This document shows, piece by piece, positions 1 to 7,761 of a stretch of DNA of 64,000 nt. The DNA is taken from the sequence record ON287375.1; one strand, written 5' to 3'. Under the pieces are notes generated by a model, which saw nothing but the letters and a program-made list of their open reading frames with translations, had not been told where the DNA came from and ran no database searches. Both the position numbers and the translations under genes were made by a program. The stretch's first letter is position 1, and every line of letters starts with the position of its first letter.

Positions 1-447
1 CTTACTTGTAATTCAACAATCCGTTTCGGCTTACCTGACACCTTGGTCAATGTAACGCCCGGTTCGTATCTATTACGTTGGGAAGGACAGTGGGGATAAT
101 TGTTTTTTGTCTGCGATAACTTAGATCCTGCTCAACTGGATCTCTTCTCCCTGAGGCTGAGAGCACTATTTAAGATTAACGCTTAGTATAACGAAGTATA
201 TCTAAAAAGCCGAACTTAATCGGTAGTTGTTGAGTATCGTAGAGGGACTCGTTTCCAAATTGTGGTCCTGCCATTATACTACACTAGTTAGGCTGGAACA
301 TGTAATCGCTAGTGAAGTTCCTATTCGCTGCAACGCGGCCCTAGGAAGGGAATTGGCGAACCGACTGATCCAGGTGAATGACCATGGCGTAATCATTCCT
401 TTTGTTATCAGCCGGCTCTTGTTCTTAACAGAATATAGTAAACTCTG

Positions 448-744
448 TTAATTAAATACTTTTGGTGGGACTATGGTATTTGGTCTTGGTCTGTATTTCA
501 TCATGGTTTTGTTAATTCCTTCTTCCCCATGATTGTTCCAGATCTTGATGATTTCCTTTTCATCTAAATGATTCATCAGGAACTTGACCTTTCTCAATAC
601 CGCATTGGTCCATAGCTTAGACTTGTTCTTAGCAGACCACCATGTTTTAAAGCTCAGCAAACAAACCACCCCATTCCAACCAGTCTTCTGCCAACAGATC
701 AGAGATTGAAGGAACCCAGGTATTGGATATAAGTTTTGCCGCAT
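448..744 (-). CDS. Small hypothetical protein; start uncertain, 5' part overlaps tad2
   Basis: Open frame directly after tad2 and followed by hairpin TTAACAGA/TCTGTTAA (425-452). No clear RBS. Confidence 0.35.
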   Translation of the reverse strand: MRQNLYPIPGFLQSLICWQKTGWNGVVCLLSFKTWWSAKNKSKLWTNAVLRKVKFLMNHLDEKEIIKIWNNHGEEGINKTMMKYRPRPNTIVPPKVFN

Positions 745-892
745 CGATTATTAAGAAGAATGGTTGAATCCCAGGAACATTATGAATAGTTACACATAGA
801 CCTTTACCGTTCCAACCTTTACGCTGGTATCTTTTCCCTTCTTTAAGTCCTTCAAGAACTTCTGAGAAAGTAAGCAACTTAGTTTCTTGCAT
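647..892 (-). CDS. tad2: Tad2/DUF2829-family signalling-molecule sponge (anti-Thoeris/anti-CBASS type)
   Basis: Motifs TFSEVLEGLKEGKRYQRKGWNGKG and WVPSISDLLAEDW match the recalled DUF2829 pattern (F..AL..LK.G....R.GWNGK ... W..S..D.LA.DW). RBS TAAGGAA. Confidence 0.85.
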   Translation of the reverse strand: MQETKLLTFSEVLEGLKEGKRYQRKGWNGKGLCVTIHNVPGIQPFFLIIDAAKLISNTWVPSISDLLAEDWLEWGGLFAEL

Positions 893-1615
893 GACAATTC
901 CTTAGGGAGAAAAAGGCCCCATATCAAACACTAGGATATGGGGCAAAGGGAATCCTCAATGGAACACATTAACCATTGAGGCAAGCAGCAACCAGCTGGC
1001 GGTTACGCTTTTAATATGGACTTGTTAGATCATATTAAAAGTGCCAGAGATTCATTCCTCTGGCTGCTCAATATAAGCTTAAACACATACGCTTGAAGTT
1101 TAGGCAGCTATAACTTCCATATCCATATTTCAGAAAACAAACATATGGAAGTAGGGTCTTTCGACCCTTACCAACCTCACTGAAGACTTCCTTGCCTTCC
1201 CTAGGAATACTATTTCTAATACCCTTAGGGAAAGCAAATGCATACCAGGAAAAGGAGTACGCACTCACCTTCTTACCTATTGTGAAGATATCAAAGCCGC
1301 GGAGCACGATCCCTTCTTTATATCTACTCGTTCTAATTGAATAGGTTATAAAGAAAGGGGGAAGGGCAGACTTCCCACCTTTGGCTAAGGGCATGAACAA
1401 TGGCTACAAAAACCCAGGCGGGGGTAATCGTAGTGAAAGCACGATGGCAGTACGTGATTCTTTAAGAGTACTTATTCCGGTCAAGATCGCTTAAAGAATC
1501 AGAGATATTAATCGTGACATAATATCTCTGGCCTGTGTAAATATTCACAGTTAAATGTGTATGAGCAATGCAACTTGAACGACAAGAAGTGAAGTGGAAG
1601 AAGTTCACTTTTTGT
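893..1615. ncRNA. Non-coding region packed with 12 or more stem-loops; candidate structured RNA or long leader
   Basis: Perfect stems at 916-944, 954-981, 1008-1041, 1043-1064, 1113-1152, 1153-1168, 1456-1500 and 1500-1530. GAAA tetraloops on the minus strand at 1159-1162 and 1213-1216. No credible ORF. Confidence 0.5.
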
Positions 1616-1649
1616 TACATAATATAAATAAGTTCCATTATTAATTAAA

Positions 1650-1670
1650 TAGATATTATCAAAGGGAATA
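1650..1670 (+). promoter_or_regulatory. Putative early (virion RNAP) promoter
   Basis: TAGATATTATC core shared with about 10 intergenic sites; lies upstream of the 1713 gene array. Confidence 0.55.
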
Positions 1671-1712
1671 TACATTGATATTAATTTTCATTAGAGTATA
1701 GAGGAACTTATT

Positions 1713-2327
1713 ATGCACATTCCAGAAATCGAAATTAACCGTATGCGTAAAATCATTAGCAGTTCTTTATCTGAACGTTTTCACGTTAATCAGGTAACTG
1801 TTGAACAAGTAAAACCAGATGCACTTCATGAAGGTCATATCTGGGAGTCTGAAGTTTATGCATTTGAATTCATTATCAATGGTACTGATCGTTATATCAC
1901 TTTCTGTACCTTGCGCCTTGGTCGTACCATGTTCACCAGGGCTAAACAAGGGATCTGTGAATCTCTTGCCAAACTAATCAGACCGCATGATTTTGGTTTG
2001 ATGGCAACCGGGGATTATTTAAATCGTAATGATGTGGTGGGTAAGTTTATTGAATGTCAGATAAACTTGAAAGCTCATCAACATCTGCAAAGCTATTTTG
2101 CAAGCCACACCATGATCACCAATAATGAATATGACGTTGCAATTGGGTATGACATTACTCGCCGTCATAAAACCACCATGACTTTTGACTGTGTTTTTGA
2201 AATCCTAGTCAAAGAGAAAAAGGACATTAATTACACCAAGTATTCTGGGATGATGATTAATGGTTCCCTCACCGCACTGAATGATGCCAATGGTAAGAGT
2301 GTTAATATCAGGGACATCTTCATCTAA
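1713..2327 (+). CDS. Hypothetical protein, 204 aa
   Basis: RBS GAGGAA; first gene after the early promoter. Confidence 0.85.
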   Translation: MHIPEIEINRMRKIISSSLSERFHVNQVTVEQVKPDALHEGHIWESEVYAFEFIINGTDRYITFCTLRLGRTMFTRAKQGICESLAKLIRPHDFGLMATGDYLNRNDVVGKFIECQINLKAHQHLQSYFASHTMITNNEYDVAIGYDITRRHKTTMTFDCVFEILVKEKKDINYTKYSGMMINGSLTALNDANGKSVNIRDIFI

Positions 2328-2342
2328 CGAAAAAGGTAAGGT

Positions 2343-2810
2343 ATGAATATATACACTACCATCCTGGTTATATTTTTAATCGGTCCAACTATCGCTCTTG
2401 TGGTTAGGTTCCTTTGGAATCGCCATGAGAAAAAATTAAACAACAACATGAATCGCGATCATAGTGATTGCGACTTAACCAAACAGAAGGAATATCCTAT
2501 GGCTCGTAAACCAGTGAAGTCACCTAAGAAAGTGAAAATGAACGAACAGTCTATCAGTCGTCGTGAGATGATTCACCTGGACTATCTGAATGTCTATAAC
2601 GAAGTGTTGAAGTATGAAGAAGTACTCGACCTCGATATTGACATTATCCTGGAAGCTACTAAGACTGTGTTCAGCAACGAGCTGTCTCTGTCTAAACTGG
2701 CTACATCTCCAACTCAGGAAGAGTTGGAAGTCCTGGTTAAGAAAGTTCTTGAGCACCTGGACGGTTTGAAACTCATTTCCAAAGAAGTTCACAACCTGCT
2801 TCAAAAATAA
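2343..2810 (+). CDS. Hypothetical protein with N-terminal TM helix; second in-frame start at 2499
   Basis: Hydrophobic ILVIFLIGPTIALVVRFLW. RBS AAGGT before 2343 and AAGGAA before ATG 2499. Confidence 0.8.
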   Translation: MNIYTTILVIFLIGPTIALVVRFLWNRHEKKLNNNMNRDHSDCDLTKQKEYPMARKPVKSPKKVKMNEQSISRREMIHLDYLNVYNEVLKYEEVLDLDIDIILEATKTVFSNELSLSKLATSPTQEELEVLVKKVLEHLDGLKLISKEVHNLLQK

Positions 2811-2824
2811 TTACACCATAATCC

Positions 2825-2856
2825 AACACTTCTAGGGCCGAAGCCCTAGAAGTGTT
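2825..2856 (+). terminator. Intrinsic terminator-like hairpin
   Basis: 14-bp perfect stem AACACTTCTAGGGC-cgaa-GCCCTAGAAGTGTT. Confidence 0.7.
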
Positions 2857-2874
2857 TATGTGAGATATTAGAAT

Positions 2875-3240
2875 ATGACTAATGTTGAGAAAATAGCTAA
2901 GGTGGTTGAAGGGGTTCTCATCTCTTATAACTCCCGTGAACTGAATGGTTGCAAATATGGCGACCAATTGGCTCAGGTTAGGTTTGGCGAGTATACCCTA
3001 ATTTGTTATCACTCAGGTAAAGATGATAACAACTATGCCACTGCAGTGCTTTACAAAGAAGATTTAGCTGGCGAATATCCTCCAGAAGAAATATTTCGTT
3101 TCTTCCCGACAGGTATTCAAAGTGAAATTGAATTCGTTATGCCTTTCTATTCTCGTGTTATTCGCGGCAATACAAAAGGTATTGTTATTCGTATGCTACA
3201 AGTGGCAGGTATTGAAAATGCAATTAACAATGATCTCTAA
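2875..3240 (+). CDS. Hypothetical protein, 121 aa
   Basis: Part of a tightly packed + strand array. Confidence 0.8.
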   Translation: MTNVEKIAKVVEGVLISYNSRELNGCKYGDQLAQVRFGEYTLICYHSGKDDNNYATAVLYKEDLAGEYPPEEIFRFFPTGIQSEIEFVMPFYSRVIRGNTKGIVIRMLQVAGIENAINNDL

Positions 3241-3634
3241 GTCTCGCCTGAAAGATATCTGCGAGAATGTATGTCGCCGTAAAAGAACTATCGGTAAGTG
3301 TGTTTCAACTGGGATTCCTCAAGGCGATGCTGTTGCTTTAGCTTTGAGAGAAATTACTCACGATCTGTTCCAAGTGAACATGCGTGTCGACCATGGTGAT
3401 AAGCCAGGGTTTGTAGATTGTAAGTGGAGTCCTAAGGGGATGGACAGACATATTTGTGTCAAAGCCACCTTTATCGATTCTCGTAGTCCTGACTATAAGC
3501 TTTTAGAAGTATGGGTTGACTCTGATGGTCATGCTCATATCGAAGCTTATGAGGGCTCTTATGCAGCCATTCTGAAAGTAGTAGTTCCAAGTGAACTAGA
3601 AGAATGGATTTCTAATTTCTTACGTGTTCTTTAA
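3218..3634 (+). CDS. Hypothetical protein, about 135-138 aa
   Basis: Start moved from 3122 to ATG 3218 (or 3230) to fit AGGT RBS and a short overlap with the upstream gene. Confidence 0.75.
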   Translation: MQLTMISKSRLKDICENVCRRKRTIGKCVSTGIPQGDAVALALREITHDLFQVNMRVDHGDKPGFVDCKWSPKGMDRHICVKATFIDSRSPDYKLLEVWVDSDGHAHIEAYEGSYAAILKVVVPSELEEWISNFLRVL

Positions 3635-3651
3635 TTTATTTTCTACTATCT

Positions 3652-3729
3652 CTCTTATATATTTGTAGGGGGTAGGGGTCTATCCGGAAGGATAAATTAT
3701 ATAAATTAACGATTACGTAGTAATCATCC
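3652..3729. repeat. Dispersed structured intergenic element, copy A (copy B at 49577-49651)
   Basis: TCTTATATATT..GGGGGTAGGGG..TATCC-GGAA-GGATA..TTATATAAA.TTAA..CGAT..CATCC. Confidence 0.65.
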
Positions 3730-3742
3730 TACAGGGTTAGTT

Positions 3743-4378
3743 ATGAATATCTTTTACAGTGTAGTTCTCTTCATCTTCTTTCTTCTTGGTTGTTTGTATC
3801 TTTATGGGGAAAGTCAAGATAAGAAAAAGGCAATTGAGAAATTGAATAGAGTTAAAGAAAGATTGGATTATAACTTTGTTCAAGAAATCAGACATAACCG
3901 TGACGCCTCCATCAAAGGAGAATATATGGAAACTGTTCTGAAAGTGATCAGTATAGTTAAGCGTGAAGAAGATGCAACAATTGGGGTCCAGTTTGATACT
4001 CTTGATCGTTCTGGTTTTGTTGAGATCATTATGACATTTAAAGATGTCAAAGCAGCTTACTATTTCATCCCCCCATTTAGCAATGAACTGAGAAGTGAGA
4101 TCACCCGTTCTCGTAAAAGTTTGATGCGTAATGAGATTGACTTGATGCTTCGTATAGCTCAGGAAGATCTAACGCTGGCTGTTAGTAATGGTCAAATCGA
4201 TAAAGGTCATCATTTAACCAGGGATGATTTGAGACCTATCTTGATTGATCTCACGAATAAACACAAACATGTTATATTCGTAGATTTCAAAATCTCTTAC
4301 GATGCGGTAATGATTCGCATCCATCTTAAGTCTGACTACTCCAAAACAGTAGAACAGATCATCCCTATTCGTAACTAG
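3743..4378 (+). CDS. Bitopic membrane protein with an apparently duplicated soluble domain
   Basis: N-terminal IFYSVVLFIFFLLGCLYLY followed by a basic stretch (KKKAIEK). Confidence 0.85.
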   Translation: MNIFYSVVLFIFFLLGCLYLYGESQDKKKAIEKLNRVKERLDYNFVQEIRHNRDASIKGEYMETVLKVISIVKREEDATIGVQFDTLDRSGFVEIIMTFKDVKAAYYFIPPFSNELRSEITRSRKSLMRNEIDLMLRIAQEDLTLAVSNGQIDKGHHLTRDDLRPILIDLTNKHKHVIFVDFKISYDAVMIRIHLKSDYSKTVEQIIPIRN

Positions 4379-4387
4379 GAGTTTAGA

Positions 4388-4756
4388 ATGAGTTTTATTG
4401 AGATGTTACCATATGCTGCCATTATTGCAGTACTTATTCTTTTGAGTATCTCCGTCTATCGATCAGTTACTTTAAAGAAAAGAGTTAGCTCTGCCCATAA
4501 GTACACTCAGTTGAGTGATGCCCGTATCATGTTAGTCATGATGTTGAATCGACTGATTCATGATGATGGTGAAATAACCGAAGAGTACCTGGATAAGTTC
4601 TGCAAGGCAGTTAAGGAATATTGCCCGACTGTCGACTTCAAAGTAGAAGTAGTTGCAGAAACATTCCAATGTCGTCTCAGTATCGGTAAATACTTCGTTA
4701 CTGTTGATGGTTACCTTAAACCACCCCATGACGGAAAACCTTACTTTATTAAATGA
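4388..4756 (+). CDS. Bitopic membrane protein, 122 aa
   Basis: N-terminal AAIIAVLILLSISVY then KKR; RBS AGGAG. Confidence 0.85.
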   Translation: MSFIEMLPYAAIIAVLILLSISVYRSVTLKKRVSSAHKYTQLSDARIMLVMMLNRLIHDDGEITEEYLDKFCKAVKEYCPTVDFKVEVVAETFQCRLSIGKYFVTVDGYLKPPHDGKPYFIK

Positions 4757-4848
4757 GTAAGGATTCTCTGAATTCATTATGATCACTTCGGTGATCTGGT
4801 AGTTGGACAATACTGTCCGTTAATCCCTTAACTTAGGAAATCTTTAAA

Positions 4849-5547
4849 ATGATCCTTTCTGTTCTGAATCTCCGTGCTGTTGTCGTTCGTGTACTGTTGT
4901 CATTCATCGCCCTGAATGCTGACGTCATCAACGCTCGTTACAAAACCATCCTGGAAGTCACCGAACGTAACCTGATCACCATCTGGGATAACCTGGGTGT
5001 TATCATGCTGCTGACCAAAGATGATAAAGGTCATTGGCACCTGTCGGTATCTACCGGTTCCGGTGGTAGTCCGTTCTTTGAAATCAAGCTGGGCAGCACG
5101 ACCAATCTGTTTAACCGTCGTACTTTGAATGCACTGGAAGTATGGTATCATTCCAACCTGCGTGAAGCAAAATCCCGTTTCGATAATGCTGCTATCAATG
5201 CTGTTAAGCAAATCGATATTCGTCCATACATCCTGAACATCGGCTTTATGGATCGTTTGATGGGACGCAGCAAAGAAGTTGATATTAAACTTCCTGCTCC
5301 GCTGAGTGAACTGATTAGTATCCACCTGGATATCAAACGTTCAATCTTTAATAAATTGATCGTTTCGGTTAGTGCTAGTTCTCCAAGTCTGACCCCGGCC
5401 AAAAACCAGGAAGAAAGTTTCCTGGCTAATCTGTTCCCAATTCATTTTGGGAACTTGCGTCAGTTCAATGCGAACATCCAGCAAGAACCTGTTAATGCTT
5501 ATGTACAACAGGCTATTCTGGACCACATTGAACATAACCTGAAGTAA
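4849..5547 (+). CDS. Hypothetical protein, 232 aa
   Basis: RBS TAGGAA, strongly biased codons (CTG/CGT/AAC), followed by a terminator. Confidence 0.9.
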   Translation: MILSVLNLRAVVVRVLLSFIALNADVINARYKTILEVTERNLITIWDNLGVIMLLTKDDKGHWHLSVSTGSGGSPFFEIKLGSTTNLFNRRTLNALEVWYHSNLREAKSRFDNAAINAVKQIDIRPYILNIGFMDRLMGRSKEVDIKLPAPLSELISIHLDIKRSIFNKLIVSVSASSPSLTPAKNQEESFLANLFPIHFGNLRQFNANIQQEPVNAYVQQAILDHIEHNLK

Positions 5548-5553
5548 TCTCTT

Positions 5554-5586
5554 CGGGGTGGTGGGTAAAACCATCGCCCCGTTTTG
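5554..5586 (+). terminator. Intrinsic terminator
   Basis: CGGGGTGGTGG-gtaaaa-CCATCGCCCCG then TTTT. Confidence 0.8.
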
Positions 5587-5623
5587 ATGCCACTTATTTA
5601 TTTTTGTTAATGGAGTACTTGAT

Positions 5624-6013
5624 ATGGCTGATTATGATATCAAAATCTTAGGTGGTATAATACTGGTGTTGGTTTTTCTGCTGTTGATTGGTGCTATCTG
5701 GTTGGGGTCTATTCTTCTGCGTGAAGCTGAAGATATCAAGGCTGCTTCTAAGAACGTCCAATCTGCTTTCCATGCGGTCGATGTAGAGATCACAAGAAAG
5801 CTTAAAAATAACCGAGCCATTCACTTTGCTGATCTTTTAAGGATAGTTGAGAAAGTAAGCAATTTAATACCTGGAGTTAGAGTAGAGCTGGAGAAGGACT
5901 TCGAACGTAAACAAGTCAGCATCGTTATTGAGAGCGATGGTATCAGGGCAACCTATACCTTACTGGCTACTATCGTAGAGATGCCTTACAGATCTGCTGC
6001 TAAAAATATCTAA
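5624..6013 (+). CDS. Bitopic membrane protein, 129 aa
   Basis: Long hydrophobic ILGGIILVLVFLLLIGAIWLGSILL; RBS GGAG. Confidence 0.85.
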   Translation: MADYDIKILGGIILVLVFLLLIGAIWLGSILLREAEDIKAASKNVQSAFHAVDVEITRKLKNNRAIHFADLLRIVEKVSNLIPGVRVELEKDFERKQVSIVIESDGIRATYTLLATIVEMPYRSAAKNI

Positions 6014-6304
6014 AACGACACATGCAATGGGAATCTCTTATTTGAAAAAGTAATAGATTTCTATTGTATGTAGTCTTGGATTCTCATCTTACCTGTTTCT
6101 CCCCTTGGGGTAGGAATGGGGATACAAGATTTTCTCTTCTTTGGTCTTACTTTAAGGGGTTTGGGGTCAGATTTCATTCTCTTCTTCTTCTCTTACCTTT
6201 TAAGGTAATTATACTTATTATATATTAAGTATATATAGAGTAAGTATTAGAGCGAAGAGAAAACCCTTTTGAGAAAATCAAATTAACTTATAGGAAAAGA
6301 AACA

Positions 6305-6718
6305 ATGATCAACTGGTTAAAGTCTTTATTCAAACCTACTTGTCAAGATGAATGGTTGTCTAAAGAGTACGATAAGTATAACGAACAGTTTGAAGATTTT
6401 TATAATAAGCTAGTAGAGCTGTCAAGTACAAGCGAGCCTAAGTACGGTAGAATGGAATTTGATATCGGTAGCTTTAAGTGGAGTGGTGGTTGGCTAATTG
6501 CTTCCTACTACTTTGATGTTTACCCTATCAAACAAACTCGTCATTCCCGATATATGGGTCGTATCTATATCGGCAGAGACATTATAGGCGGTAAGTGCAG
6601 ACTGAACATCCATAGTTGTGATGCCAAGCATAAAGTTAAACAAGAGAAAATCTTCTTCGAAGAAGTATTGAAGAAAGAACACCTACAAGAAGCTATTCAG
6701 TTAATTACCAATCAATAA
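6305..6718 (+). CDS. Hypothetical protein, 137 aa
   Basis: RBS TAGGAA; followed by hairpin 6722-6752. Confidence 0.85.
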   Translation: MINWLKSLFKPTCQDEWLSKEYDKYNEQFEDFYNKLVELSSTSEPKYGRMEFDIGSFKWSGGWLIASYYFDVYPIKQTRHSRYMGRIYIGRDIIGGKCRLNIHSCDAKHKVKQEKIFFEEVLKKEHLQEAIQLITNQ

Positions 6719-6784
6719 ACTACTCTGGTTATCCGTAAAGGGTAACTGGGGTGATAAACCTATGTTTAATTAAGGAGTATAGAA

Positions 6785-7162
6785 ATGAAACCAGAAACTA
6801 TCGAAAGTATTAAGAGTGCAATTAAAGCAGCCATCTCAGAAATCAAAGAGAAAGGATACGACCAGCGTTTTAAAGAAATGTTGCACTCTGTTCGTTATTC
6901 GTTCTCTTCTGAATTAGATATTAATGGCAAAGAGATGATCATCTCAGATACTCGCTATGCTCTTTGCGGTGATAATATCACAGGTCGATTTATCAGAATT
7001 TATGGGAACATTAGCTCAATAGTTCCGATGCTGGCCACTACCATCACATATGACGGGGAAGATTTCAAACTCGAAAACCATATTGAAAGATCAACCACAC
7101 GTTATATCGATTTGCTGTCTGACGATAATGGACAATTAAACATTCTGATGGACTATTTATAA
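6785..7162 (+). CDS. Hypothetical protein, 125 aa
   Basis: RBS TAAGGAG. Confidence 0.85.
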   Translation: MKPETIESIKSAIKAAISEIKEKGYDQRFKEMLHSVRYSFSSELDINGKEMIISDTRYALCGDNITGRFIRIYGNISSIVPMLATTITYDGEDFKLENHIERSTTRYIDLLSDDNGQLNILMDYL

Positions 7163-7164
7163 TT

Positions 7165-7761
7165 ATGAATACTTTATCTTATTTAAGCCTTATGGAGCAA
7201 TCTTTGGTTCGTTACGATATGGCTAACGATATGCTCAAATGGGCACAGTCTATGTCAAAGACTTCTTTGGCTAAACGTAACTTCCGTCAGCTGAAGAAGT
7301 TCCTTCAGAACAAAGGTTATGAATATGAACGCCCTTACCCGTATAAAGGTAAGGAGCGTTGTACTGTAAGTTTGTTAGACATTGTTCGTCAGATTGAGAG
7401 TGATAATTTCCTGAAACCTCACTGGGGTATAATGGATCAGGATGTCGCTCACATGTATCTCACTCCAATAGAACCCCTGAATGGCCAGAAGGTGGGAATG
7501 GTTGGTCGTGAAGTTCCAGAGGTTGATGCCCGTATGGAGATTCCTGGTTTACAAAATCTGATAGATAAACGTTATAGCGCTGATCTACCAGTAACGGAAG
7601 TTAAAAGCTGGATGCCGCCTTCTCAAGAAAGTGTTGATGAAGTCAACAGAATTTTGAAAGATGTTATCGAAGGTAAGAAAGAAGGTAATCCATTAGATCT
7701 CTATGGCATTACAACACGTACTCAACCATACTCTATTATGAAGGAACAAAATAATGATTAA
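7165..7761 (+). CDS. Hypothetical protein, 198 aa
   Basis: Starts 2 nt after the upstream stop; operon-like packing. Confidence 0.85.
   Translation: MNTLSYLSLMEQSLVRYDMANDMLKWAQSMSKTSLAKRNFRQLKKFLQNKGYEYERPYPYKGKERCTVSLLDIVRQIESDNFLKPHWGIMDQDVAHMYLTPIEPLNGQKVGMVGREVPEVDARMEIPGLQNLIDKRYSADLPVTEVKSWMPPSQESVDEVNRILKDVIEGKKEGNPLDLYGITTRTQPYSIMKEQNND

Noticed and set aside
190-236. Group I intron-like R/S words on the minus strand (CTCAACAACTAC ... TAGATATACTT)
   Set aside because: P7 would contain a C-C mismatch and lack the G-binding pair. Spacing is too short for P3/P8, and no interrupted gene is evident.
245-290. tRNA-like D-arm on the minus strand (TAGTATAATGGCAGGAC, then TTGGAAA)
   Set aside because: The anticodon stem does not pair, and there is no T-arm (GTTCGA) or acceptor stem.
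227-451. 74-aa plus-strand ORF
   Set aside because: TTG start with no RBS, convergent with the tad2 unit, and no recognisable features.
1068-1400. 110-aa minus-strand ORF within the hairpin array
   Set aside because: TTG start with no RBS, atypical codons, and it runs through many perfect stems.
893-1615. CRISPR array interpretation of the hairpin series
   Set aside because: The stems differ in sequence; there is no constant direct repeat with regular spacers.
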